Origin: Steroidobacteraceae bacterium
GTDB taxonomy: Bacteria; Pseudomonadota; Gammaproteobacteria; Steroidobacterales; Steroidobacteraceae
Assembly: GCA_035319505.1 (NCBI GenBank)
Contig: DATHCO010000130.1
Location: 1-62,528 of the forward strand
Length of the DNA: 62,528 nucleotides
Reading direction: 5' to 3'
Within the stretch, counting starts at the first letter, position 1. The number at the start of each line of letters is the position of its first letter. Below the pieces are notes generated by a model. It worked only from the letters and a program-made list of their open reading frames with translations, was not told the origin of the DNA and did no database searches. The position numbers were made by a program, and so were the translations under genes. Shown in pieces: positions 54,726-62,528 of the stretch.

Positions 54726-56249
54726 TCAGCGGCGTCTCGAGGCGGGGACTGCCGAGGTGATCGGATTGAAGCAAACGAGCCGATCGCGACCCGCTCTTTT
54801 CGCCGCATACACGCATTGATCGGCGGCATCGATGAGCTGCGAGGCGCTCGCAAACGGCGTGGCGGGATCGAGGGTCGCGAGACCCAGCGAGGCGCTCACC
54901 CGGATCGTCCCACCGGGGATCGCGAGTGGCGAGCTCCGCAGGCGCGCGAGGAGACGCTCGCAAACGATCTGCGCCTCTGCGGCCGCAAGGCCGGGCAGCA
55001 CGATCACGAACTCCTCGCCTCCGTATCTCGCGACGGTGTCGCTGTCACGCACGACGCCGAGGAGCAATCGTGCGGTTTGGATCAATACGGAATCGCCGGC
55101 CGGATGGCCGTAGGTGTCGTTCACCTGCTTGAATCGATCCAAATCCGCAAACACGACGGAGAGCGGCCACTTCCCCATCACGGCGTTCTCGAATTCTCTG
55201 CGCAGCAGCTCGTCGAGATAGCCTCGGTTGAAGATGCCCGTGAGGCCGTCACGGCGCTGCTTGTCCTCGAGCACCGAGGTCCGCGCCTCGAGCTGCTCGG
55301 TCGTATGCAGGAGCGTGGCGACCTGATCGAAGGCCTGGAGATTGCGGATCGTCAAGAGCTCACGCGCTTGCTCAAGAATCGAGGTCGCCACCTCCGCTTC
55401 GAGGAGCGCGGTGTCGAAGAGCCGCTCGATTTCGGGAATCTCCGCAATGATCGTGGTCATCGCGGTCGCGAGCGAATCCGCGCCGATGCCGAGCCAGGCT
55501 TGGGCGTGCTCGGCGAGGGCCGACAGATCGGATGGGCGCGCCGCGAGCAGCAATTCGACGCACTCACTGCCGAGCGCGACGCAGCGTGCGGCGAGGCCGA
55601 TGGGCGTGCCCTCTGCGGTGGTCGAGGGATCATGGCTCGCCTCGACCGTGGCGCAGAGCGCCTCCGGCAACTTCCACTGCCGCAGGAGCCAAGCGCCCAA
55701 GGCGGCATGGTCGGTGCCGAGCAATTGCCGCTCGTGGGCGAGGAGCTGGGCATGCGTGGCCTCGGGCGGCAACGGCCGGTAGAAATCCTGTTGCACTCGA
55801 TCGATGGCAAGGACGGCGATGTCCTGAAGAAGCGCGGCGAGAAAAATGTCGTCCGGCGCTCGCGCGCCTTTGAGCGCGCCGAAGGTGCGCGCAGCGGAGG
55901 CTCCCAGAATCGCCCGCCGCCAGTAGCGCGTGTAGTCGATTCCGGCCCCGGTTCCCGTCTTGTAGGTGGAGACGAGCGAAAAGCTGAGCGCGAGCGTGGT
56001 TGCGGCGTTGAGTCCCAGAGCGATGAGCGCCTGGCGCAAGTTGTCGCTCTTGCGCCGTTTCGAATACAACGGGGAGTTCGCGACACGCAGTACTTTGGCG
56101 GACAATCCGGGGTCCTTGCCGATCGTGACGGCGACTCTGCCGACGTCGATGTCGGGATCGCCGGCGAGAGTCACGATCTGCAGTGCGATGGCGGGAGGGC
56201 TCGGAAAGTTACAGGCCAGTTTAAGTTTGTTCTTGAGGGGCTCGAGCAC
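54726..56249 (-). CDS. HDOD-domain diguanylate cyclase (GGDEF)
   Basis: The N-terminus FPSPPAIALQIVTLAGDPDIDVGRVAVTIGKDPGLSAKVLRVANSPLY is an HDOD domain. The C-terminal GGDEF domain has an intact RYGGEEF and an upstream RDSD (RxxD I-site). GTG start at 56249 behind AGGTAAGG. Confidence 0.9.
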   Translation of the reverse strand: MLEPLKNKLKLACNFPSPPAIALQIVTLAGDPDIDVGRVAVTIGKDPGLSAKVLRVANSPLYSKRRKSDNLRQALIALGLNAATTLALSFSLVSTYKTGTGAGIDYTRYWRRAILGASAARTFGALKGARAPDDIFLAALLQDIAVLAIDRVQQDFYRPLPPEATHAQLLAHERQLLGTDHAALGAWLLRQWKLPEALCATVEASHDPSTTAEGTPIGLAARCVALGSECVELLLAARPSDLSALAEHAQAWLGIGADSLATAMTTIIAEIPEIERLFDTALLEAEVATSILEQARELLTIRNLQAFDQVATLLHTTEQLEARTSVLEDKQRRDGLTGIFNRGYLDELLRREFENAVMGKWPLSVVFADLDRFKQVNDTYGHPAGDSVLIQTARLLLGVVRDSDTVARYGGEEFVIVLPGLAAAEAQIVCERLLARLRSSPLAIPGGTIRVSASLGLATLDPATPFASASQLIDAADQCVYAAKRAGRDRLVCFNPITSAVPASRRR

Positions 56250-56327
56250 GGGCCTTACCTGTCATGAGAGACATCTGACCCGTAGCGGCCGCTAGGGGGA
56301 TTCCTTGAGGTCCGAGCAGACCCTGGG

Positions 56328-57134
56328 CTAGGGGGCCGGAGGATTTGCGACCCCGGTCCCCACGCTTTTGTGACGAGGGTCGCGTGCATTTGCCGGCGGG
56401 GCCTCGATCTGGCGGGCGCAAGCGCCGCTCGGCTCGATCTGCTCGACACCCGATTCGATGGCACGGCGGATCTCCTCATTGAGAACGCGGGGGTCCTTGC
56501 CCGAGCTCGCAATGGGCTCGCCGATGATCACCTGAACCGTGCCCGGCTTTTTCAAGATTCCGCGGCGCGGCCAGAATACTCCCGCGTTGTGTGAGAGCGG
56601 CACCACTTGCTTGCCGGTTGCCGCTGCCAGCAACGCGCCGCTCACGCCATATTTACGGGTTTCTCCTACCGCCACGCGGGTTCCCTCCGGGAAGATCACG
56701 ATCCACAGGCCGTCCGCGAGTCGTGCGGTCCCCTGCTCGATCACCTGGTTGACCGCGCGGTGACCGGCGCCGCGGTTGATTGCAATGGGCCGGAGGAACT
56801 TGAGTCCCCACCCGACGAACGGAATCCACAGGAGCTCGCGCTTCAGCACCCACGCGTGCGGCGGAAAGATCACGAAGAGGGCTACCGTCTCCCACGCGGA
56901 TGTGTGCTTGCTCATGACGATGTGATTGCCGGCAGGGATGTGCTCGCGCCCTACCACGGTGTACGTGAGGCCGCACAAGCGCTCAAGCGACCAGAGCACC
57001 GAGCGCGCCCACGCCCGCGCGAGGCCGAACTGCACTCGATACGGCAGAAAGAAGCAAAGGCCCATGAGCGTGCCCCACAGGCAGGCCGAGAGCATCATGT
57101 AGGTGGTGAACACCAAGGAGCGCGCGAGCTGCAT
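56328..57134 (-). CDS. plsC: 1-acyl-sn-glycerol-3-phosphate acyltransferase
   Basis: Motifs KHTSAWETV, FPEGTR, VPLSHN. Starts 2 nt after the glyS stop. Confidence 0.88.
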   Translation of the reverse strand: MQLARSLVFTTYMMLSACLWGTLMGLCFFLPYRVQFGLARAWARSVLWSLERLCGLTYTVVGREHIPAGNHIVMSKHTSAWETVALFVIFPPHAWVLKRELLWIPFVGWGLKFLRPIAINRGAGHRAVNQVIEQGTARLADGLWIVIFPEGTRVAVGETRKYGVSGALLAAATGKQVVPLSHNAGVFWPRRGILKKPGTVQVIIGEPIASSGKDPRVLNEEIRRAIESGVEQIEPSGACARQIEAPPANARDPRHKSVGTGVANPPAP

Positions 57135-57136
57135 GG

Positions 57137-59203
57137 CTATCCCGGCAAGCGCGACAAGTCGGCCACGCTTCCGAGCAAGCGCTGAACCTCACGTAACAAC
57201 GCGAGTCGGTTGCTGCGCCGATCGCGATCATCGTCCATCACCATGACCCGCTCAAAGAAGACATCGACCGGACCTCGCAGCCGCGGGAGGAGCCGCAGGC
57301 TGTCGACGTAACGGCGCTGCACAGTCGCGCGGCCCACCTCGCCGGCGAGCTCCTCGACGGAGCGATGAAGCTCGCGCTCGGCTGCTTCGGTGAACGCAGC
57401 CGGCCGAACGCCGAGTTCACCCTCAGGCCCCGCCTTGCGCAGGATGTTGCCGATGCGCTTGTTGATGGCCGTGAGCACGCTCGAGTCGGGTAATGTCAGA
57501 AATTCCTTGAGGGCTTGCAAGCGTGCATCCGCATCGAGCGGCGAGGGCGGTCGGTTGGCGAGAATGGCGTCGATCATCTCCGGCGTCGTTCCGTCCGCGC
57601 GCTCGAGTAGCAAGCCGCGCAGCCGCTCGGCGATGAAATCATAAACCTCGGTCGCGACGCCCGCGCGTTGCACCGGCTGCGCGGCGGCGGATGCGCCGAG
57701 GAGCGCGGTGAGGTCGAGGTCCAGGCGACACTCGAGCAGGATGCGCAACACGCCGAGCGCGGCGCGGCGCAGCCCAAAGGGATCCTTGGTTCCCGTCGGC
57801 CGTTCTCCGATGGCGAAGATGCCGCTCAATGTGTCGAGCTTATCGGCGAGCGCCAAGGCTTGGCCGGTCTTCGTGGCGGGCAGCTCATCGCCCGCAAATC
57901 GTGGCCGATAGTGCTCCTCGATCGCGCGCGCGAGCTCCTCGGGGTAACCCTCGGCTTGGGCGTAGTAGCGACCCATGATGCCCTCGAGCTCCGGAAACTC
58001 CCCTACCATCGCCGTCATGAGGTCTGCCTTGGCGAGCTCGGCGGCGCGCGCAACGTGAGCTCCAGCGGCCATCTTCTCACCGATGGCGACGGCCAAGGAT
58101 TTGAGCCGCGCGGTCTTCTCCGCGTAGCTCCCGAGCTTGGCCTGAAACGTGACTCCGGAGAGCTCCCGAGCGCGCTCTGCGAGCGGCACTTTGCGATCCT
58201 GCTCCCAGAAGAACGCCGCATCGCCGAGCCGTGGCCGCACCACCCGCTCGTTGCCTTCCCGCACTTTGGCGGGATCGCGGCTCTCGATGTTGCTCACCGC
58301 GATGAAGCCGCCGGTCAGTCGCCCATCCGCGCCCTCGATCGCGAAGTAGCGTTGATGATCGGAAATGGTGGCGATCACCACCTCGCGAGGGAGCTCGAGG
58401 AAGCGCGGGTCGAAGCGACCCACGAGGGGCACGGGCCACTCGACCAGGGCGGTCACCTCATCGAGGAGCTCGGGCTCGATCAGCGCTTTGCCGCCGGCCT
58501 CTTGCGCCGCAGCGATGACGCCCGAGCGGATCCGCTCGCGCCGGGCCTCGAAATCGGCCATCACCTTGGCGCCGAGGAGCCGCCGCGCATAGGACTTCGC
58601 CGATTTCAGCCTGATCGGACGCGGTGCGTGAAAGCGGTGACCTCGCGTGGTACGGCCCGCCGCAAGGCCCAAGACCTCCGCCGGCACCACCTCCTCCCCC
58701 AGCATGAGCACGAGGCTATGAACGGGCCTCACGAATTCGGCCGTGCGCGAGCCCCATCGCATGCGTCGCGCGATCGGCAGTGCGCCGATTGCCTCATTCA
58801 CCACTTCGCCCAGCAGGACCGTGGTCGCCGCTCCGCGCTCGACGCCCCGATAGAGAAGCCAAGCGCCCTTCTCGTTGGTCAGCCGCTCGAGATCGTCCAC
58901 GAGAACGCCGCAGTTGCGCGCGAAGGCGAAGGCCGCCTGAGTGGGCGCACCCGCGGCATCGAAGGCGCTCGCCACCGGTGGCCCACGCCGCTCGACGCGA
59001 CGATCCGCCGCAAATTCCGCGCACGAGGAGACGAGCACCGCCAGGCGGCGCGGTGTGGCGTAGCCACGCGCCGCGCGGTGAGCAATGCCAGCGGCATCCA
59101 AGCCCTTGACGATGCCCTCGGTGAGCGCATTCGAGAGCTCCTGGAGCGTGCGCGGGGGCAGCTCCTCGGTGCCCAGCTCGACCAGCAAGTGGCGCGTGCT
59201 CAT
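57137..59203 (-). CDS. glyS: glycine--tRNA ligase beta subunit
   Basis: ORF track 57137..59719. ATG 59203 checked, giving [17 protein letters not shown]. 688 aa. The ATG overlaps the glyQ TGA (ATGA). Confidence 0.96.
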   Translation of the reverse strand: MSTRHLLVELGTEELPPRTLQELSNALTEGIVKGLDAAGIAHRAARGYATPRRLAVLVSSCAEFAADRRVERRGPPVASAFDAAGAPTQAAFAFARNCGVLVDDLERLTNEKGAWLLYRGVERGAATTVLLGEVVNEAIGALPIARRMRWGSRTAEFVRPVHSLVLMLGEEVVPAEVLGLAAGRTTRGHRFHAPRPIRLKSAKSYARRLLGAKVMADFEARRERIRSGVIAAAQEAGGKALIEPELLDEVTALVEWPVPLVGRFDPRFLELPREVVIATISDHQRYFAIEGADGRLTGGFIAVSNIESRDPAKVREGNERVVRPRLGDAAFFWEQDRKVPLAERARELSGVTFQAKLGSYAEKTARLKSLAVAIGEKMAAGAHVARAAELAKADLMTAMVGEFPELEGIMGRYYAQAEGYPEELARAIEEHYRPRFAGDELPATKTGQALALADKLDTLSGIFAIGERPTGTKDPFGLRRAALGVLRILLECRLDLDLTALLGASAAAQPVQRAGVATEVYDFIAERLRGLLLERADGTTPEMIDAILANRPPSPLDADARLQALKEFLTLPDSSVLTAINKRIGNILRKAGPEGELGVRPAAFTEAAERELHRSVEELAGEVGRATVQRRYVDSLRLLPRLRGPVDVFFERVMVMDDDRDRRSNRLALLREVQRLLGSVADLSRLPG

Positions 59204-60123
59204 CAGGCGACTCGCGGGGCTTTGAGCAGCGGAAAGCCCAGTGCCTCGCGGCTCGCCAGGTACGCCTCGGCGACGCCCCGGGCGAGCGTGCGCACTCTCA
59301 GGATGAAGCGCTGTCGCTCCGTGACCGAGATGGCGCGGCGCGCGTCCAGGAGATTGAAGGAATGCGATGCGCGAACCATCTGCTCGTAAGCAGGCAGCAC
59401 CAATTGGTCGGCGAGAAGGCTCCGGCAGGCGATTTCGCAGGTTTCGAACTGCCTCAGCAGCGCGTGGGTGTCGGCCTTCTCGAAATTGTAGATCGATTGC
59501 TCCACCTCGTTTTGTCGGAAGACGTCTCCGTAAGTGACGGTGCCGGAGGGACCCGCAGTCCAGACGATGTCGAAGATGCTCTCCTTGCCCTGGATGTACA
59601 TGCCGAGGCGCTCGAGACCGTAGGTGATCTCGCCCATGACCGGATGGCAATCGAGTCCGCCCACTTGTTGAAAGTAGGTGAACTGCGATACCTCCATTCC
59701 GTTGAGCCATACCTCCCATCCCAAGCCCCAGGCACCCAATGTGGGGGATTCCCAGTTGTCCTCGACGAACCGGATGTCGTGAGTCAAGGGATCAAAGCCG
59801 AGCGCGCGCAACGACCCGAGGTACATCTCCTGAAAGTCCTCGGGCGAGGGCTTGATGCTCACTTGAAATTGATAATAGTGCTGCAGGCGAAACGGATTGT
59901 TGCCGTAGCGGCCATCGGTCGGTCGGCGCGAGGGTTGCACATAGGCGGCGCTCCAGGGCTCCGGGCCCACCGCCCGAAGAAAGGTCGCGGTGTGAAACGT
60001 GCCCGCGCCCATCTCCATGTCATAGGGCTGCAGGATGAGGCAGCCCAAGGAGGCCCAGTAGGTTTGCAGCGCAAAAATCAGGTCCTGAAATGTGCGGGGC
60101 GGAGAGGCGCGGGATCTGGCCAT
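59203..60123 (-). CDS. glyQ: glycine--tRNA ligase alpha subunit
   Basis: ORF track 59203..60219. ATG 60123 checked. [18 protein letters not shown]...[12 protein letters not shown] is highly conserved GlyQ sequence. Confidence 0.96.
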   Translation of the reverse strand: MARSRASPPRTFQDLIFALQTYWASLGCLILQPYDMEMGAGTFHTATFLRAVGPEPWSAAYVQPSRRPTDGRYGNNPFRLQHYYQFQVSIKPSPEDFQEMYLGSLRALGFDPLTHDIRFVEDNWESPTLGAWGLGWEVWLNGMEVSQFTYFQQVGGLDCHPVMGEITYGLERLGMYIQGKESIFDIVWTAGPSGTVTYGDVFRQNEVEQSIYNFEKADTHALLRQFETCEIACRSLLADQLVLPAYEQMVRASHSFNLLDARRAISVTERQRFILRVRTLARGVAEAYLASREALGFPLLKAPRVA

Positions 60124-60383
60124 CGGGTGCTCGAGGGGTAAAGAGGCGCGAGTATAGCGACGCCACGGATACCTCCCTAGCCTTTCGCGTCGGGGCAGCG
60201 GTGCCGCGCCTGATGGCACTGCACCGATTTCGATCAGTCGAACCCCACCACATCGAGAAATGACCCAGCATAGACCCCTCGTCGCACCATTCTGAGACGC
60301 AGATCCGAGTGCTATGCCTTATGATGGTGCGCGACGCATGTCGCTCAAGATGCAAGTTCTTGATCTGCCGATGGGGCGAGAAC

Positions 60384-60399
60384 TGGCATGGTTACTGCA
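60384..60399 (+). promoter_or_regulatory. sigma-54 (-24/-12) promoter of glnA
   Basis: TGGCATGGTTACTGCA versus the consensus TGGCACG-N4-TTGCA. GG and GC are at the exact 12-nt register, with 2 mismatches. About 58 nt upstream of the glnA ATG. Confidence 0.65.
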
Positions 60400-60456
60400 A
60401 TGCACGGGGACCCGGCGACGCGCCGGATAGAGGTCATTCACTTTCCGAGGATACAC

Positions 60457-61866
60457 ATGACTCCCGCCGATGTTCTCAAATTAATCGCCGAAAAAGAGGC
60501 CAAATTCGCCGATCTTCGCTTTACGGATACTTTGGGCAAGGAGCAGCATGTCACTGTCCCGACCCGTCTCGTCGACGCCGGGTTTTTCACCGACGGCAAG
60601 ATGTTCGACGGCTCCTCGATCGCGGGCTGGAAGGGGATCAACGAGTCGGACATGATCTTGATGCCTGATCCATCGAGTGCGGTCATCGACCCGTTTTTCG
60701 AAGAGACTACCGTCAATCTGCGTTGCGACGTGATCGAGCCCATGACCATGCAGGGTTATGGCCGTGATCCGCGCTCGCTCGCGAAGCGTGCGGAGGCCTA
60801 TCTGAAATCGACGGGCGTCGCCGACTCGGCGCTCTTCGGGCCCGAGAACGAGTTCTTCATCTTCGACAGTGTGACCGTCAGCTCGAGCATGAACGGCTGC
60901 GCCTATCAGGTTGACTCGTACGAGGGCGCCTGGAACTCGGGCAAAACCTATGAGGATGCCAACAAGGGTCATCGACCGGGCATCAAAGGAGGCTATTTCC
61001 CTGTTCCGCCCGTCGATTCGCTCCAGGACATCCGCACCGCCATGTCGCTCGCCTGCGAGGAGATGGGGCTGAAATTCGAGGTGCACCACCATGAGGTCGC
61101 GACCGCGGGGCAGGGCGAGATCAACGTCGCCGCCAACACGCTGGTGAGAAAGGCCGACGAGGTTCAGATCCTGAAATATGCGTTGCAGAATGTCGCGCAG
61201 GGATACGGCAAAACCCTCACGTTCATGCCGAAACCGCTGGTCGGCGACAACGGCAATGGCATGCACGTGCACCAGTCGCTGCAAAAGGAGGGCAAGGCGT
61301 TGTTCGCCGGCGATAAGTACGGCGGCCTCTCAGAGCTCGCTCTCTATTATATTGGCGGTATCATCAAGCATGCCCGCGCCCTCAATGCCTTCACCAACGC
61401 GAGCACGAACAGCTACAAGCGCCTCGTCCCGGGCTTCGAAGCGCCGGTGAAGCTCGCTTACTCGGCGCGCAACCGCTCGGCTTCGATTCGCATTCCGTGG
61501 GTCCCGAATCCCAAGGCACGGCGTATCGAGGTGCGCTTCCCGGACGCCACCGCGAACCCGTACTTCGCATTCTCCGCCATGATGCTCGCAGGGCTCGATG
61601 GCATTCAGAACAAGATCCACCCGGGCGATCCCGCCGACAAGGACCTCTATGACCTGGAGCCCGAGGAGGACAAGAAGATCCCCACGGTGTGCCACTCGCT
61701 CGACATGGCCCTCGACTATCTGGACCGGGACCGGGGGTTCTTGAAGGCGGGCGGCGTGTTCACCGACGATCTGATCGACGCCTACATCGAGCTCAAGATG
61801 AAGGAGGTCACCCGGGTACGCATGACCACGCATCCTATCGAAGTGGAGATGTACTACAGCTTGTGA
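60457..61866 (+). CDS. glnA: type I glutamine synthetase
   Basis: ORF track 60388..61866. ATG 60457 lies behind GAGGA. 469 aa. Motifs: [30 protein letters not shown], and the adenylylation-loop Tyr ([11 protein letters not shown]). Confidence 0.97.
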   Translation: MTPADVLKLIAEKEAKFADLRFTDTLGKEQHVTVPTRLVDAGFFTDGKMFDGSSIAGWKGINESDMILMPDPSSAVIDPFFEETTVNLRCDVIEPMTMQGYGRDPRSLAKRAEAYLKSTGVADSALFGPENEFFIFDSVTVSSSMNGCAYQVDSYEGAWNSGKTYEDANKGHRPGIKGGYFPVPPVDSLQDIRTAMSLACEEMGLKFEVHHHEVATAGQGEINVAANTLVRKADEVQILKYALQNVAQGYGKTLTFMPKPLVGDNGNGMHVHQSLQKEGKALFAGDKYGGLSELALYYIGGIIKHARALNAFTNASTNSYKRLVPGFEAPVKLAYSARNRSASIRIPWVPNPKARRIEVRFPDATANPYFAFSAMMLAGLDGIQNKIHPGDPADKDLYDLEPEEDKKIPTVCHSLDMALDYLDRDRGFLKAGGVFTDDLIDAYIELKMKEVTRVRMTTHPIEVEMYYSL

Positions 61867-61881
61867 GGCGGACCAGACGAC

Positions 61882-61927
61882 GCGGCGGTGAGACAGTGAC
61901 GGGGGTCACGCCGCCGCCACGCTGTTT
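61882..61927 (+). terminator. putative intrinsic terminator of glnA
   Basis: Compound stem: GCGGCGG (61882..61888) pairs with CCGCCGC (61911..61917), and the inner GTGAC pairs with GTCAC. It is followed a few nt later by CTGTTTT. Confidence 0.5.
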
Positions 61928-61963
61928 TGAGGCCGCGAGGCGATAGGACTATGCTCTGCGATC

Positions 61964-62509
61964 ATGCTTCCCCACCGGTCAAGGACGCTGCTTGCCCTGC
62001 TCGCCGTGGCCGCACTCCCCATGACCGGCCACGGAGCGGTCGTTTACAAGTGGACCGATGCGGATGGGGTGGTGCATTTCTCCGATCAGCCGGTACCCGG
62101 TGCGGAGAAGGTCACCACCGCTGCGGGCACTTCGCGCGGCATTCTGAGCCAACCGGCTCCGCGGGCCGGGTCCCCGGAGAAGTCGAAGCCACCCTCAGCC
62201 CTCGCGCAGACTCAGGTGGCCATCACCTCGCCCACGCACGATCAGACCTTCACGGGCGATCAGCCGGTCGGTGTGCGCCTCTCGATCGAGCCCGAGCTCA
62301 AACCGGGCCAGACGGTGAGCTGGATCTTGAATGGCACGCCCGTCAATCAAGCGCCCGACGCGACCAATTTCACGCTCACGGACTTGGCGCGCGGCACCTA
62401 CACGCTGGATGCGACCGTGACGGATCCAACCACGGGCGAAACGAAGAGCGCCGAGTCCGTCACCTTCAACGTGATCCGGCCGAGCCTGTTGTCGCCGCTC
62501 CACAAGTAG
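61964..62509 (+). CDS. DUF4124 domain-containing secreted protein
   Basis: Signal peptide, then VVYKWTDADGVVHFSDQPVPGAEKV, the DUF4124 signature. Confidence 0.8.
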   Translation: MLPHRSRTLLALLAVAALPMTGHGAVVYKWTDADGVVHFSDQPVPGAEKVTTAAGTSRGILSQPAPRAGSPEKSKPPSALAQTQVAITSPTHDQTFTGDQPVGVRLSIEPELKPGQTVSWILNGTPVNQAPDATNFTLTDLARGTYTLDATVTDPTTGETKSAESVTFNVIRPSLLSPLHK

Positions 62510-62528
62510 CGCTCGAGCGCCGAGCGCG

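Overview
High-GC proteobacterial (Gammaproteobacteria-like) chromosomal window covering the replication-origin neighbourhood. Most of it is conserved housekeeping. On the + strand: dnaA-dnaN-recF-gyrB and glnA. On the - strand: rpmH-rnpA-yidD-yidC-mnmE, mnmG, rsmG-parA-parB, the full atpIBEFHAGDC operon, glmU, glmS, glyQ-glyS-plsC, csrA and tag. I found no rRNA, tRNA, CRISPR array, transposase, integrase or recognisable defence system, and no convincing novel multi-gene system. Three non-coding features are readable from the DNA. (1) A cluster of three parS centromere sites of the TGTTCCACGTGGAACA type in recF and the recF-gyrB spacer. (2) A candidate oriC in the dnaA-dnaN spacer, with two perfect inverted DnaA boxes, a third near-perfect box and an AT-rich tract. 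(3) A sigma-54 promoter in front of glnA. Three usually contiguous gene pairs (glmU/glmS, mnmG/rsmG, mnmE/mnmG) are separated by accessory genes, and these are the most unusual parts. Between glmS and glmU lies a roughly 9.7-kb block: a PadR regulator, a large beta-barrel outer-membrane protein, a CzcA-type RND pump (MFP-RND-OMF) whose OMF stop overlaps the start of a crotonase-family gene, and an orphan gene. Between rsmG and mnmG lie a lipoprotein, a small acidic protein and an S9 peptidase homologue whose nucleophile Ser reads as Ala. Between mnmG and mnmE lie a class I fumarase, an alpha/beta hydrolase, an ABC-2 pair and a lower-GC patch holding a frameshifted tail-fibre (peptidase S74 chaperone) relic. 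Other oddities: a receiver-like/TM/repeat/TonB-C fusion protein, a MATE transporter stub fused onto the dacB start, a CxxS redoxin, and an unusually long, repeat-rich recF-gyrB spacer. All functional calls rest on by-eye motif recognition and need HMM or BLAST confirmation. Many gene starts were trimmed from the ORF-track maxima after I checked the start codon in the sequence.
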